A stretch of DNA of 64,000 nt from Eledone cirrhosa. Lineage: Eukaryota. The DNA is taken from the NCBI GenBank assembly GCA_964016885.1, contig OZ024746.1, forward strand, positions 34,782,001-34,846,000, given 5' to 3'. Shown here one piece after another: positions 13,421 to 26,579 of the stretch. A program made the position numbers and the translations under genes. Every line of letters begins with the position of its first letter. The stretch's first letter is position 1. The notes under the pieces were generated by a model that did not search any database, was not told the origin of the DNA, and was given only the letters and a program-made list of their open reading frames with translations.

Positions 13421-14030
13421 TGTTAAATGGATTAGAACACAAATAATGTAATGAATATGATAGGTATAAATCTTCAGATTTCTACAGTTGGTTGAAATCC
13501 TAGCTTTCCTAGATCCAATCACACATAATTTGAAAACATAATATGATAAAATCATATAGTTAATTCCGAAATATACGGATAGGAACAAAATATAGAAAGA
13601 AAGTCAGAAAAAACTCAAGAGTGATTATTTAATGAGCGAATGAATGAAATAGTTTAAAGTGCGAGAATATGGAAAACAGAGAACTAACGAGAGAATGAGA
13701 ACGAAATTATAGGGATTCTATGTACAAATGAGCAAACAATGTATAAAGTAAATCAGCATAGGAAAAATATAAAACAAAGAATAAAATGATGGAAAGAACT
13801 AGGGAAAGATGTAGACAGGAAACGAAACAATGAGAGTGACAAAGATAGAAAAAATATAATGATAAATGAAAAGTTGAAGTACACGAAATGGAAACAAAAA
13901 TGAGCGTGATGAGTGAAAAGAAATTAGAACTCATACAAAACGAAGGAAATTACGGAAAGTAAGATATTAAGAGAATTAAAAGAAAGGTATAAAGAGAAAA
14001 TGAAAAATGTTGGATATATTGGGAAAATAA

Positions 14031-14200
14031 AATAATTGTTTCTACTTTTGGCCCGAGGCCAGCAATTACTCAGTGCATTATTGGTACTTTATTTTATCAA
14101 CCTCGTTCGTATGAAAGGCAAAGTTAACTTCGGCGGGATTTGAACTTACATCATAAAGGGACGTAGCTGCTAATTATGGTGTCCGTCACTCTAGCAATAT
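14031..14200 (-). mobile_element. tRNA-derived SINE (same family as 49111-49299)
   Basis: Reverse complement of B-box gttcaaatccc, the gcctttcat...gataaaataaaagtacca central domain and the agaaacaattatt tail. Confidence 0.85.
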
Positions 14201-14308
14201 TGTAGAAAGAACAATCCATTGAAATTAAGGAATAATAAAGTTGTAACGCAGAGAAAGGGGAAACTATAACAAAAGGAAGAAATATAACATTGAGAGAGAG
14301 CGAGAAAG

Positions 14309-14377
<69 letters not shown>

Positions 14378-14920
14378 GAGATAGAGATAGAAAGAGACAG
14401 ATCAACAGAGAGAGAAGACAACTGATAGTATGTATCAAACGAATGACAGAGGAAACAAGAGAAGAATGGATAAAAGAATGAAACAAAGAAGAATATCCAA
14501 GAAAACAATGGAGCGAGGTATTTATTGTGGAAAAGGGGACTACAAACCCAAGGAAGAATGTGAAGGTAGGTAAAATGCTTTTTTGTTTTTGTCTTTGTTT
14601 TCCTTAGAGAGAAGGAGGAAAGAGAAAGATGTGAAAATGTATGATAAATGCAATACATAAGCATAACATTTTCGTTAAAGGTTGCTATATGTTATGCAGG
14701 CTTTTTTTTTAAGTTTCGAGGTTTCTTCATTTTTGTAGAGATGTGTGATCGGATTTGTAATATAGACTTGCTTTGGTTAACTCATAATGAAACTATCAAA
14801 AATAGAGAAACAGTAGTGAACGAGAGAAGAATAGAGATGTTGTTCTCTATGATAAAGATTTAAATAAATATTTTAACACGAACTACTGCAAAATGTACTG
14901 AAGGCACAGTAGATTAATGT

Positions 14921-14946
14921 ACACACACACGCACACACACACACAA

Positions 14947-15000
<54 letters not shown>

Positions 15001-15001
15001 G

Positions 15002-15039
<38 letters not shown>

Positions 15040-15090
15040 CATATATGTATGTGTGTGTGTGTATATGTGTATGTGTGTGTGTATATATAA
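14921..15090. repeat. (CA)n/(TA)n/(TG)n compound microsatellite
   Basis: Seen directly. Confidence 0.9.
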
Positions 15091-16747
15091 ACACAGAGAC
15101 AAATATGTGTATTGTGTAACACCTCCATATTTACCCCAGTTACTCATATACAATGTATGCATACACAGACACAATGACACATGCACAGGTATGCACAGCC
15201 ATACACACATGAACACAAATTATATAGCATAAACAAGATCCAATCACACCCGATAACCACACACACAAGTGTTTACTGATTTCTTCACACACTTCAATGC
15301 ATGCACACACGCAATGAACAACATATATATCATACACATACAGACACACATGGATACAAACAAAAATACAAACACACACGCACACAAAGAAACATACAGA
15401 GATCTTAGATACATGTATATACAGCCACTCACATTTAGTTAGACACAATTTAGCAGACAATCGCTTACTAACCACACACACGAATAGCATCACTACTCAT
15501 GTCCCCAAACACCCTGCCTCTACTATTGCAGACATAAATACATATGACATATAATGTTCTATATCACCCTACATCATTTGTTTTTAATCTTATTTCTCTT
15601 CTATATGAATTTCTTAATTTATCTCCCACTCTGAAACATTGTAGATACTACTTCACACAGACTATTAACACTTATATACAAGACTTAGATATTAGTGCAT
15701 GTATCGTCGGGAAGGAAATACATCATTTTTTATTACATTCGAGTTTTAGTACAGTACATACTATTTTCTTCTCCACTAGATGTGAAGACGCTTATTTTGT
15801 TTACCAAAGAAACTCTACAAGTATTTTATGCATGGAAATTAACTTTCTTTGTTGTTTCCATTATTACTAAGAAACGGCCCCAAGGCAGCAAACTAAATGA
15901 TGCTGTCCGAAATGACGAAATTAGTTTATAGCAATGTTTCATTCTGCCAAAACACACACTAAAAAAAAAATGATTCCCTGAGTTGAATGTTGTATAGATT
16001 TTTTTTGATGTGGCAAATTGTCCTGGAACAACTATTGCCACCAAAGTTCTGCAAATGATTTTCCTGAAACTAAAATATTGATGAGCTGGTTACTGACAAG
16101 AGCGGATCAAGAAATAATTGGCTAAAAACGCCATTGTGTATTTGCATAGATTAATTTTGAGCGATTCGAAGTAGATTCGAATTGTAAGCCCCTGATGTTC
16201 GAGACAACGAAAACAACTGGAAGCCACAAACGATTTGTTTGGCAATTATAAAGCAGAGACATATGATTGAAAAGGGAGAATTTCAAGCTCGACAAACATA
16301 TATTAAACATACATTGTTCATCCAACTTTTCATGAACATTTTAAAGAACATGTGCTGCTGATGGCTAAGTAGGATCAATGAGAAGTCATAATATGACATA
16401 CCAATATGGGAACTGACTATTTAAGTGGTACCTATAGGTCTGTATATTAGATCCACGCGCATCAAATTTATATCGCGACTATAGATTTGGTTTTGGTATT
16501 TACAAATACTATCAATATGCGCGACTGGTCTCCCCAAGTGAGACCAGCAGATTTCATGTGTGTTATCTAACCATCGTTCTCGACGTCTAAACCGAGGACA
16601 GTTGCCCGCTAGTTTTCCAAGAAAATCAGTGCAGCAATTATTTTAGTAATATCGGAGCTGTGATCTCCCAGATCAGAAACGTGTTTGATAAACGTTATAA
16701 AATAAATTGTTCAAACATTAACTTACTGTAACCCCCCCCCCCCACAG

Positions 16748-16790
<43 letters not shown>

Positions 16791-17214
16791 GTGTGTCCGC
16801 CTAAAACTAGCAAACTACCGGACCAAACTCCTCAAAATTACATGTACATATTCACTATTCAATCGGACAGGTAACGGTCGAAAATGTTTTACTTTGCAAA
16901 GCAAGGAAATCATTTAAATTCAATTTATCTTATTTTCTAATGAATATTAAAAGAGATCATCCATTTTGTTTTTTATGTTTTCCTGCCTGATAAGATAAGA
17001 GAGTGAGGGATGCGAGAGAGAAAGAGAGAGAGTAAGGGATGAGAGAGAAAGAAAGTGAGTGGATGGGAGAGAGAGAGTAATAGGATGTGAGAGAGAAAAA
17101 AACAGAGTAAGGGATGAGAGAGAAAGAGAGAGAGAGAGTGGGAGATGGGAGAGAAAGAGTAAGGGGGTGTGAGAGAGAAAGAAAGAGAGTAAGGGGATGA
17201 GAAAGAAAGACGAT

Positions 17215-17522
17215 GAAAGAGAGAGAGAGAGGGAAAGCAGCAAGCGTTGTTAACTTTTATTTATTTATTATTTTTACACACTTTTTAACTCACCCGCTTC
17301 CTTAACGTTATTTATCTTTTCTTTATTTTTTGTTCTCTATTCTGTAGAGAGAGAGAGGGGATGTGAGAGAGAAAAAGAGAGAGAGAGAGTAATGGGATGG
17401 GCGAGAGAGAGGGAAAGTAGTTAGCGTTTATTAACTTTTATTTATTTATTATTTCTACACACTTCATAACTCTCCCAATGTTATTTATCTTTTATTTATT
17501 ATTTGTTAGCTATTCTGTAGAG
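17215..17522. repeat. Direct duplication of about 125 bp amid GA-rich repeats
   Basis: gagagagggaaag...gcgtt.ttaacttttatttatttattatt...ctattctgtagag occurs at about 17222-17350 and 17403-17522. Confidence 0.75.
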
Positions 17523-18046
17523 GATGAGAGAGAGAAAGAAAGAGAGAAGATGAGAAAGAGAAAGGGAGTGAGGCGGATGGGGAGAGAAAGACAATAAGAA
17601 AACAGAAAATATGAGAAAGAGAAAAAGAAGTAAAGAGGCAGGAGAGAGGGATGGTGATTGGAGGGATTCTTTATACAACGTGTGTCCGTGTTTATATATA
17701 TATATTTACACACATATGGGTGTGTTATGGGGGGCGTTCTTTGGCAGACGATATATGTTACCAGCAAAGCTTATTTTCTACATATGTCTAAAGAAATCAC
17801 AGATAATTTTATAGAAGTTGTATATATGTATGTATTTAACAGACAAAAAAAAAACGATATTTTTAAAAGATATTATTTGAATATATTATTTTCCGGTGTT
17901 ATTTGACTTAACACAGAAAATATTTTGTTTGTAGTGTTTGTCGTTTTTTGGGGGGAGTTGGATAAAAATGATAATTTCAGAATACAATATGAAATCACAA
18001 TATTTTCTACATATGTCTGACATTAATTACACCTAATATACTTTCA

Positions 18047-18161
18047 GCGTGTGGCTGAGTGGTTAGAGAATTGGATTCGCAATCGTAAGGTTGTGAGTTC
18101 GATTCCTGGATTAGGCGATGCGTTATGTCCTTGAGCAAGACACTTTATTTCACGTTGCTCC
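18047..18161 (+). mobile_element. tRNA-derived SINE with CORE-like domain
   Basis: A-box TGGCTGAGTGG (18052), B-box GAGTTCGATTCC (18095), then tgtccttgagcaagacactt. Confidence 0.8.
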
Positions 18162-18354
18162 TTCTACCTGGAGTTGCGACCGATAGATAGTATTAGCAAT
18201 TGGAAAGACCAACGGAAACATTGTTCCCTCGGTCCGATTTGACGAAAGTCGATCGTTCCTTTATACTTTCATATAAACAGATCATTTAAAACAACTTTAC
18301 TGAGTGAGCAATACATTCTATAGTTATTTCTATTTCAGAAAGAGTGTGGTGTGT

Positions 18355-18424
18355 AATAATTGTTTCTACTTTTGGCACAAGGCCAGCAATTATTCCAGTG
18401 CATTACTGGTACTTTATTTTATCG
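18355..18424 (-). mobile_element. 3' fragment of the 49111-type SINE
   Basis: aataattgtttctacttttggcacaaggccagcaatt...ctggtactttattttatcg. Confidence 0.8.
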
Positions 18425-18450
18425 TGTGGCGTGTAATAATATCACTTCAA

Positions 18451-21400
18451 ATGACTAGAAAACATCCCAGATCATTATATGGAGGGTCATCTTCAGAGGC
18501 TAAGAGAAAGAAAACACAGCGAATTGAAGAAAGTGAAGACGTTCGGCATGCCCGTCTAGTTGCTAACAGAGCCCAAACAGCTTTGGCACGAGCACACCGT
18601 TTGGATGAAAGGGTACAAAAGACTGCTGCTACACGAGAACAACAAATTAAGGAACAGCAGCAAATGAGACGAAATGCTAATCAATCACATCGTTCTACTG
18701 GCCGAGCAGGAGAACAAGCCAGAAGTAAAATGAACTGGCTGATGGGTGCTTTTCCTTATGACCCCCAAAACGACTACAGCAGTAATCCACAAATCAACAT
18801 TGGGAACATGAAAAATCTGCCAGTATTGTGGTGCCAAGAAGTGGGCAGCAGAAACACCAAGTCTATGCTGCTCAAAAGGCAAAGTGAGCCTTAAAACAAT
18901 ACAATAACCTCCTGAATTTCTGAAGAATCTGCTCCTTCAGCATACACTAGAAGCACGATACTTCAATAAATACATCATAAAATATAATTCTGCCTTTCAA
19001 ATGACATCTTTTGGGGCTGACAGGAATGTGATTGACTTTAGATTCTGTACAACTTATAAAATTCAGGGACAGTGTGATCACTTAATGGGTGGCCTTCTGC
19101 CACTTTCACAGGAGCCTCACAAATTTGTGCAGGTTTACTTCATGGGTGGAACTGAATCATAGGTACAACAAAGATGTACCAATGTCCATGGTGGATTGCA
19201 GTACTACATAGTCATAAAGTTACAAGAAATGCTTCACCAATATCACATGTACATCAGTGTATTTAAATATGCATGGAGCATATGAACAACACCAGAGATC
19301 GTAAAATCATCATTAGGGCAGTAAAATCATCGTGTAGCCCAGCTTCAGAACATGAACACAGATTCAATGCACCTGTCCCTGATGAAGCTGCAATCATAAT
19401 GGTTGATGAACAGCATGAACGACATGACATTGTTTTGCAAAAACAAAGTGGACATTTGGAGCGAATTTGAGAAACCCATAGAGCCTATGATTCACTCCAA
19501 TATCCGCTCATCTTTTGAAATGTCAAGATGGATTTCTTTTTTCAGCTACGGCAGATCAGCCAAGGGAGGGGACAAGAAACTGGCTGATCAATCAGCTGCA
19601 CAGAATTCAATTTTTATCATTTCATGGTACGTGATCACTTCAACCAAGTTCTGCGATTCAAAGAAGTAACCAGCCAGTTCATGGTGGACATGTATGCCAA
19701 AATTGAAATAGAAAGATTGGGATTTCGGCGAAGGAATCAAACTAAGTTGAGGGCAGATAACTACATCCACCTTAGAGATGCCATCAATTCTGATGTTGAC
19801 CCATGAAATATTTGCCAGCCAGTCATACTACCATCATACTTCACGGGAGGACCACGTTACATGCATGAACGCACGCAAGATGCAATGGCTTATGTCAGAA
19901 AATTTGGTCGGCCAGATCTCTTCATTACATTTACATACAATTCAAACTGGTCAGAAATATCAAATGAATTATTTCAAAGGATAGACATGACCTAATTGCT
20001 CGGGTTTTCCATGAAAAGCAAAAAAACAAATTCATCTGCCTCCTAAAAGAAGAAAGAATCTTTGGTGAGCGTTGTGCGTGGATGTCCACTATTGAGTGGC
20101 AGAAGAGTGGTCTTCCTCACTCTCACACACTAATCTGGTGCAAGGAGAAGATAAGACCAGATGATGTTGATAATATCCTTTCAGCAGAGTTGCCTGATAA
20201 AGGTGGTGATCCAGAGCTATTTGAATCCATCAAGTCCAAACTCATTCATGGTCCATGTGGAGTCATAAATCCGGCCTCTCCCTGCATGAAAGATCAAATG
20301 TGCAGCAAACATTATCCTAGAGCTTTTATTCGGGAAACTCGGACTAACAATAATGGATAACCCCTTTATCGTAGGCGTAGACCAGAACATGGAGGTAATA
20401 CTGCAAGCCTAACAGTTCGAGGAGAGGAGCTGCCCATAAACAATGAGTGGGTCGTCCCACACAACAAATTGATGTGTTAATTTTTAAAAGCTCATATCAA
20501 CGTTGAGTATTGCAGCACCGTCACGGCAATCCTATATGTCACAAAATATATCCAGAAGGGCAGTAACATGTCTACCTTTATTACTGACAAAGAACTCAAT
20601 GATGGTGGGCTGGATGAGGTCAAACGGTATTAAACAGGTCGATACATCTCCAGCAATGAAGCTATCTGGCGAATCGTTGGATTTGATATCCACGAACGCC
20701 ATCCAACAGTGTTCAACCTCGCAGTCCATCTGAAAAATGGTCAGAGAGTGTACTTCACTGAGTTCACTGCTCATCAGTTGGCACAAGCATCACATGACAC
20801 TACACTAACTGCTTTCTTTAAACTCTGCCAGAATGATGAATTTGCTCGATCCCTACTATATGCTGAAGTCCCAACATTTACACCTGGACCAATTGCAAGA
20901 CCTGGAATCGAAGAAAGCATGGTCATTTAGTGTAGGGTCATGAAGTCAAGTCAAGTGATGCTATTAGGCGTGTTTACAATGTCCATCCCAACAGCAGAGA
21001 ATGTTTTTATTTACGGCTACTTCTGCACACTGTTCGAGGACCAACGTCCTTTGAGGATCTTGGGTGCTTAAGAGGAAGGGAGTGCGCAACATACCAAGAA
21101 GCATGTAAACAGCATGGACTCCTGCATGACAATGGACACTGGAAGAAGTGCCTAGAAGAAGCAGCAGTCACTCAAGTGGCCAGTCAAATAAGACAATTAT
21201 TCGCTATTATGCTCACAGCATGTGGGATTGATGAAGCTCATCTACTCTGGCAGGAGTACAAAAACAATATGTCGGACGACTATCTACACCTAGCCCGAAG
21301 ACATCATGGCTATATGTATATGGAATATACCCCCAGGATTTACAATCAAGCTCTCTGTGACCTGTCCAATTGAGATCATGCAATGAATAGCACATTAGCT

Positions 21401-22869
21401 AACTGCGGGATGACAGAGCCAGATGAAGAACTGGAGGTAGCACAATACATCTTTCAGGAGGAAAACTACGATATTCAAGCATTGCGTAAGTTTCTGGATG
21501 AAAATGTACCTCGATTGATGGATGACCAGAAATACGCCTACCACAACATCATCGAAAACATTCAAAATGACAGGGGAGGACGTTTCTTCATCGATGCTCC
21601 TGCTGGCACAGGCAAGACATTCCTCATAAACTTCCTGCTTGCAAAAGATCGCCAAAAGCAACATATTGCCCTTGCTGTGGCCTCAAGTGGCATTGCAGCA
21701 ACACTTCTGGATGGAGGAAGAACTGCACACTCCATGTTTAAGCTGCCCATAGATCTCACACGGCATGAACAATCTTTTTGCAACATCAAGAAGAACTCAC
21801 CCAAGGGCAAGCTTCTGCAAACATGCAAGATGATGATTTGGGATGAAGCTATGAGCCATGAAGGAGCAATTGAAGCTTTGGACCGGACGATAAGGGATCT
21901 GGGAGAAAATAGTTGCATAATGGGAGGAGTGACAATGGTTGTTGCTGGTGATTTCAGACAAATTTTGCCTGTAATTCTTCGTGGGACTCGAGCTGATCAG
22001 GTCAATGCCTGTCTGAAAATATCCTATCTCTGGCGCCACTTTCAGCTGCTGAGCCTTACAACCAACATGCGAGTGCACTTAACTGCTGACGAAGGCGTCA
22101 GTGAGTCTGCCATCGAACTACTGAAATTGGGAAGTGGACCTCTTGAAAAGGACTCCAATGATCATATTCAGTTGTCATTTGGCCATATCATTGATACAGA
22201 ACAAGAACTGATTGCCAGACTGTTTCCAAACATTCAGACCAGGCAATGTGATCCGAAATGGTTCTGTGAACGAACAATCTTAGCACCTAAAAATGTTACT
22301 GTGAAAGAAATCAACAGAATGCTGATGGAGATGTTACCGAGAGAGGAAATATGCTACAAATCAGTTGACACAATAACTTCTCAAGACCAGGTTGTAAACT
22401 ATCCAACTGAATTGTTGAACTGTCTTGAACAACCGGGAATTCCTCCACACAACCCGATACTGAAGCTTGGAGCATCGGTTATGCTACTTCGCAATCTGGA
22501 TCCTACAAAACTTTGTAATGGCACAAGACTCATCATCAAAAATATGATGTCCAATGTTCTAGAAGTTGCAATCATGTGAGGAAAATTTGCTGGTGACAAT
22601 TGTTTCATTCCCAGAATACCTCTGAAGTCAACTGATTTGCCATTTGAATTTCAAAGATTTCAATTTCCCATCAGGCTCAGTTTTGCCATGACCATTAATA
22701 AATCTCAAGGGCAATCATTGAAAGTCGTTGGGTTGAATCTGGTAGATCCTGTCATTTCACATGGCCAATTCTATGTTGGCACAACAAGGGTTGTGAACTC
22801 TGATTGACTCTTCATTGTGGCACCACAGGGCAAACCAAGAATGTTGTTTATCCAGAGGCTTTTGAATGA
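18451..22869 (+). pseudogene. Helitron RepHel (HUH replication initiator + Pif1-like SF1 helicase), disrupted
   Basis: FGRPDLFITFT (about 19905), IEWQKSGLPHSH (20091), YVTKYIQKG (about 20535), [45 protein letters not shown] and SHGQFYVG; many stops and frameshifts. Confidence 0.95.
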
Positions 22870-23891
22870 GCAATGTCGTAATTCCTCATTCAATGACAAT
22901 ACACGGATCCTAATTCCTTAGTCATGTTGTTTGCAAGGAATTCTGAAGCCGCACATTTACTGCATGGTGTTACTTTGGAACAATATGCAGGCATTCCCGG
23001 GTACCTCTGCTATATAAAGTAGTATAAGTGAGGACTTTGTTGAGTAGAAATAGCAGCCAAATTTCCTTCAAATCCCACCTTACTTTCTCAGGTATGTATA
23101 TATGTATGAAGCAAAAAGGAATGGTTCGATGTGATAACTCGATCTAAATATTAGTAAAATCTATTTCAAATCACAAACATCTCTCTTACACACATACATG
23201 TGTGTGTGTATATATCTATGTATGTCATGTGAGCCACTATAACTGTTGGTATAGCTAATAGAAATAGAAAACAAATCTCACTCAAACAAGATCCTACTGC
23301 CAAAGAGGCAAAGATTGGTGAAAGCTACAGTGTACAAATTTAAATACACTTTCTCCGAATACACAGAAATGAGTAATAAAATGCTTCATTCAATCATAAA
23401 CAAATGCTGAATTTATGTTCTTATTGTATTTATGGTTTTTAAAATAGTCTTTACATGTTGTTTGAATTTCAGAGGTTCAGATTGTGCAAATAAAAAAAAA
23501 GAAAGAAAATGATAAATAAAAAAAATCTAAATGTATTTTTGGGGCCATGCCCTTTTCACTGACAACATACCTAATGATTCATCTATGAGTAAAGCATTAT
23601 ATATGCTGACTGTAATAGGGAGCAGTGATTAAAGAATCACCACTGGAAAAAGACTAATATTTTTATCTAGATGATTTACTTTGATCAAACGGCAATAAAT
23701 ATTCTGCTATAATTCCGACTTTGTTAAAATTCAGCAATCATATTTGAATGGTCAAATATTTTGTAATGTGTGACAAATATATTATAACTTTCATAAATAC
23801 CCGGGTATCACCGGGTAGCTCAGCTAGTATATATATATATATATATATTATTCAAAGTATTAATAAATGAAAAGATTCACATAATCAAAAT

Positions 23892-23960
23892 TTATTTTAT
23901 TATATATATGTCAAAGCTGCTGTGCTGTTTTTTTTCAGTACGTCCTCGTCAGATAAAATA
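23892..23960 (-). ncRNA. Hammerhead motif, decayed (GACA for GAAA)
   Basis: tattttat-CTGACGA-...-GACA-tatata-TA-ataaaata. Confidence 0.6.
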
Positions 23961-24070
23961 CATGAATTGATGTATGCCATACCTCAACGGTCTTGATGGT
24001 TCAATTCCAGTATTGGCACTACTGAAATTGAACCATCAAGACCGTTGAGGTAAGTAATACATCAATTCAT

Positions 24071-24138
24071 GTATTTTATCTGACGAGGACGTACTGAAAA
24101 AACAGCACAGTACCTTCGAAATATATATATAATAAAAC
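24071..24138 (+). ncRNA. Minimal hammerhead ribozyme (intact core)
   Basis: gtattttat-CTGACGA-ggacgtactg...cagtaccttc-GAAA-tatatata-TA-ataaaac. Confidence 0.78.
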
Positions 24139-24337
24139 ATATATGTTGATTATGTGAATGTCTTCATTTATTAATGTTTTGAATAATATTAATAACTTCA
24201 GAAAACTTCAGTGTAGAGTGCTTTTAATCTATTGTAAAACTATATTCATTGAGTAATCAATGAACCATATTAATCTTTGGTATATATATATATATATATA
24301 TATATTCAGAATAATAAAAACTATGTTCAAAACATTT

Positions 24338-24389
24338 TATTGTTGACAATCGTTTCTTCCAAACATTCGTTTGGAATCATCGGAGCATT
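24338..24389 (-). ncRNA. Hammerhead-like motif with CCGATGA core (family C) in a TA-flanked insert of about 110 bp
   Basis: aatgct-CCGATGA-ttccaaac(gaat)gtttggaa-GAAA-cgattg-TC-aacaat; perfect 8-bp stem II. Confidence 0.7.
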
Positions 24390-24410
24390 ACCAAAGTTTA
24401 GACAGATCAT

Positions 24411-24470
<60 letters not shown>

Positions 24471-24665
24471 ATACTTGGGGAGGGTCATATTTGTGTAATA
24501 TTGCCAGATTTAATAACAGAACACACTCACTGTTTGGTTGGTTTTCGCTTCTCGCTGTCTTTATATCGGTAATCTAACTTACTCGGTCCTCAATGTTGCC
24601 ATTGACTGACCGACGGTCAAAAATAATACAGATACAATATAGACACAAACACATATATATAGTTT

Positions 24666-24706
24666 ATCATAAATCTTTCGTTGCACATCTACAACATCGT
24701 CAGTGG
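24666..24706 (-). ncRNA. Minimal hammerhead motif (family B, left arm)
   Basis: acca-CTGACGA-tgttgtagatgtgcaac-GAAA-gatt-TA-tgat. Confidence 0.62.
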
Positions 24707-25436
24707 TGTTATATTTCCCCTCCTGTTGTGTTGTATGTCTACGCCATTTTTAGTCAGTCTGTCTATATATTTATTTATTTATTTGCTTGTTTGTTTATTT
24801 TATTTCGTCTTCTTTGCGCATGCGTTTGCGTGTGTGTATAGTGTTATGTTTGCTGTGTGATGGGTGACTAGTGTGTGTTTATGTGCTTGTTGTTATTGTG
24901 CTTGTGTATGTATTTATTTATTTATGTATCTTATTTTATTTACTTATTTATACTTCTCTTAGATCAGTGTTGTTTGTTTGGGTGTTGTTGTTATTCCATT
25001 TATTCTTTCTGTTTAGCTTTGGTCTTCTAATTTCTATTTCACGGGCCTCTCTGATTTGCCTATCTGCTGGGTCATTTCTATGTTTAGATATTATTCTAAT
25101 TTCTATGTTGTCTATGTTACCGTCATGTTGTTGTCTAGCATGTTCGTATAGTACTGACCCGTTTTTTCGTCCTTTACTTCCCCCCAGTGTTGCTCTATCC
25201 TTTCACCTATGCTACGAGCTGTCTCACCTATGTATGTTGTTGTCATGTTTCTGCAAGTACCCTCTGTACATCTTATGCTATAGACTACGTTTCTAGTTTT
25301 ACAGTTTCTCCGGGGGTTCACCTTACATATAATACATTTCCTATTGTTACAGTGGGTTTTCTTAAAAGGGTAGCTTTTGCTGATCAGGGATTTTATGGTG
25401 GTTCATGGCTTTTCAACCACCTTTATTTTTAAGTGG

Positions 25437-25805
25437 GTCCGGATAAACTGTAAAACTAGAAACGCAGTCTATAGCATAAAATCTACAGAGGGTACTTACA
25501 GAAACATGACAACAACATATATAGGTGAGACAGCTCGTAGCATAGGTGAAAGGATAGACCAACACTGGGGGCATCTAAAAGGACGAAAAAACGGGTCAGT
25601 ACTATACGAACATGCTAGACAACAACATGACGGTAACATAGACAACATAGAAATTAGAATAATATCTAAACATAGAAATGACCCAGCAGATAGGCAAATC
25701 AGAGAGGCCAGTGAAATAGAAATTAGAAGACCAAAGCTAAACAGAAAGAATGAATGGAATAACAACAACACCCAAACAAACAACACTAACCTAAGAGAAG
25801 TATAA
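25437..25805 (+). pseudogene. PLE GIY-YIG endonuclease domain fragment
   Basis: VYSIK...YIGETARSIGERIDQH...HARQQH...RQIREA...LNRKNEW. Confidence 0.88.
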
Positions 25806-26044
25806 ATAAGTAAATAAAATAAGATAAATAAATAAATAAATACATACACAAGCACAATAACACCAAGCACATAAACACACACTAGTCACCCATCACACAG
25901 CAAACATAACACTATACACACACGCAAACGCATGCGCAAAGAAGACGAAATAAAATAAACAAACAAGCAAATAAATAAATAAATATATAGACAGACTGAC
26001 TAAAAATGGCGTAGACATACAACACAACAGGAGGAAAATATAAC

Positions 26045-26086
26045 ACCACTGACGATGTTGTAGATGTGCAACGAAAGATTTATGAT
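26045..26086 (+). ncRNA. Minimal hammerhead motif (family B, right arm)
   Basis: Same sequence as the left-arm motif. Confidence 0.62.
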
Positions 26087-26329
26087 AAACTATATATATG
26101 TGTTTGTGTCTATATTGTATCTGTATTATTTTTGACCGTCGGTCAGTCAATGGCAACATTGAGGACCGAGTAAGTTAGATTACCGATATAAAAGACAGCG
26201 AGAAGCGAAAACCAACCAAACAGTGAGTGTGTTCTGTTATTAATTCTGGCAATATTACACAAATATGACCCTCCCCAAGTATAACAATATTTGTTTGGAC
26301 ACACGATTTCATATAAAAAACCTCGCAAA

Positions 26330-26384
<55 letters not shown>

Positions 26385-26455
26385 GTGGGGGCGTGTGTGT
26401 GCATTGTGAAGCCCGGTAAATTGATGAATGGAGTGAGAGGAATATACATATATAC

Positions 26456-26486
<31 letters not shown>

Positions 26487-26579
26487 GAGAGAGAGAAAGA
26501 GGGAGAAATAGTGTAATATAGTTAGATATACATACACATTTCCAGTGTTCGACACCATTCATTGGGATTAGTTTTCTAG

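Larger units (their letters stand above)
16752..23827 (+). mobile_element. Helitron, near full length, decayed
   Basis: RepHel pseudo-ORF; 3' hairpin tacccgg-gtatca-ccgggta (23798-23817) followed by CTAG (23824-23827) then T. The 5' segment (cctaaaact...ttacatgt near 16800) resembles the 5' part of 51708-52368. The 5' boundary is approximate because it lies in (TA)n. Confidence 0.85.
23845..24280. mobile_element. PLE pseudo-LTR palindrome (arms about 23845-24010 / 24021-24189) plus a one-sided tail of about 90 bp
   Basis: Reverse-complement arms with hammerhead motifs; the tail resembles 3510-3592; (TA)n flanks. Confidence 0.87.
24463..26332. mobile_element. PLE family B fold-back insertion: two inverted arms of about 850 bp (GIY-YIG + pseudo-LTR)
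   Basis: 24463-25310 is the near-identical reverse complement of 25440-26290; both arms encode NCKTRNxVYSI...YIGETARSIGERI; (TA)n flanks. Confidence 0.93.

Noticed and set aside
15870-16700. Possible DNA-transposon remnant
   Set aside because: Only a vague motif resemblance; no termini or ORF.
18047-18120. tRNA gene
   Set aside because: A/B boxes are present but there is no convincing acceptor stem, and it runs into a CORE-like domain, so it is a SINE head.
21383-22579. Host PIF1 helicase gene (398-aa ORF)
   Set aside because: It is intronless, contiguous with disrupted HUH Rep motifs and Helitron termini, and has a premature stop before the last helicase motifs.
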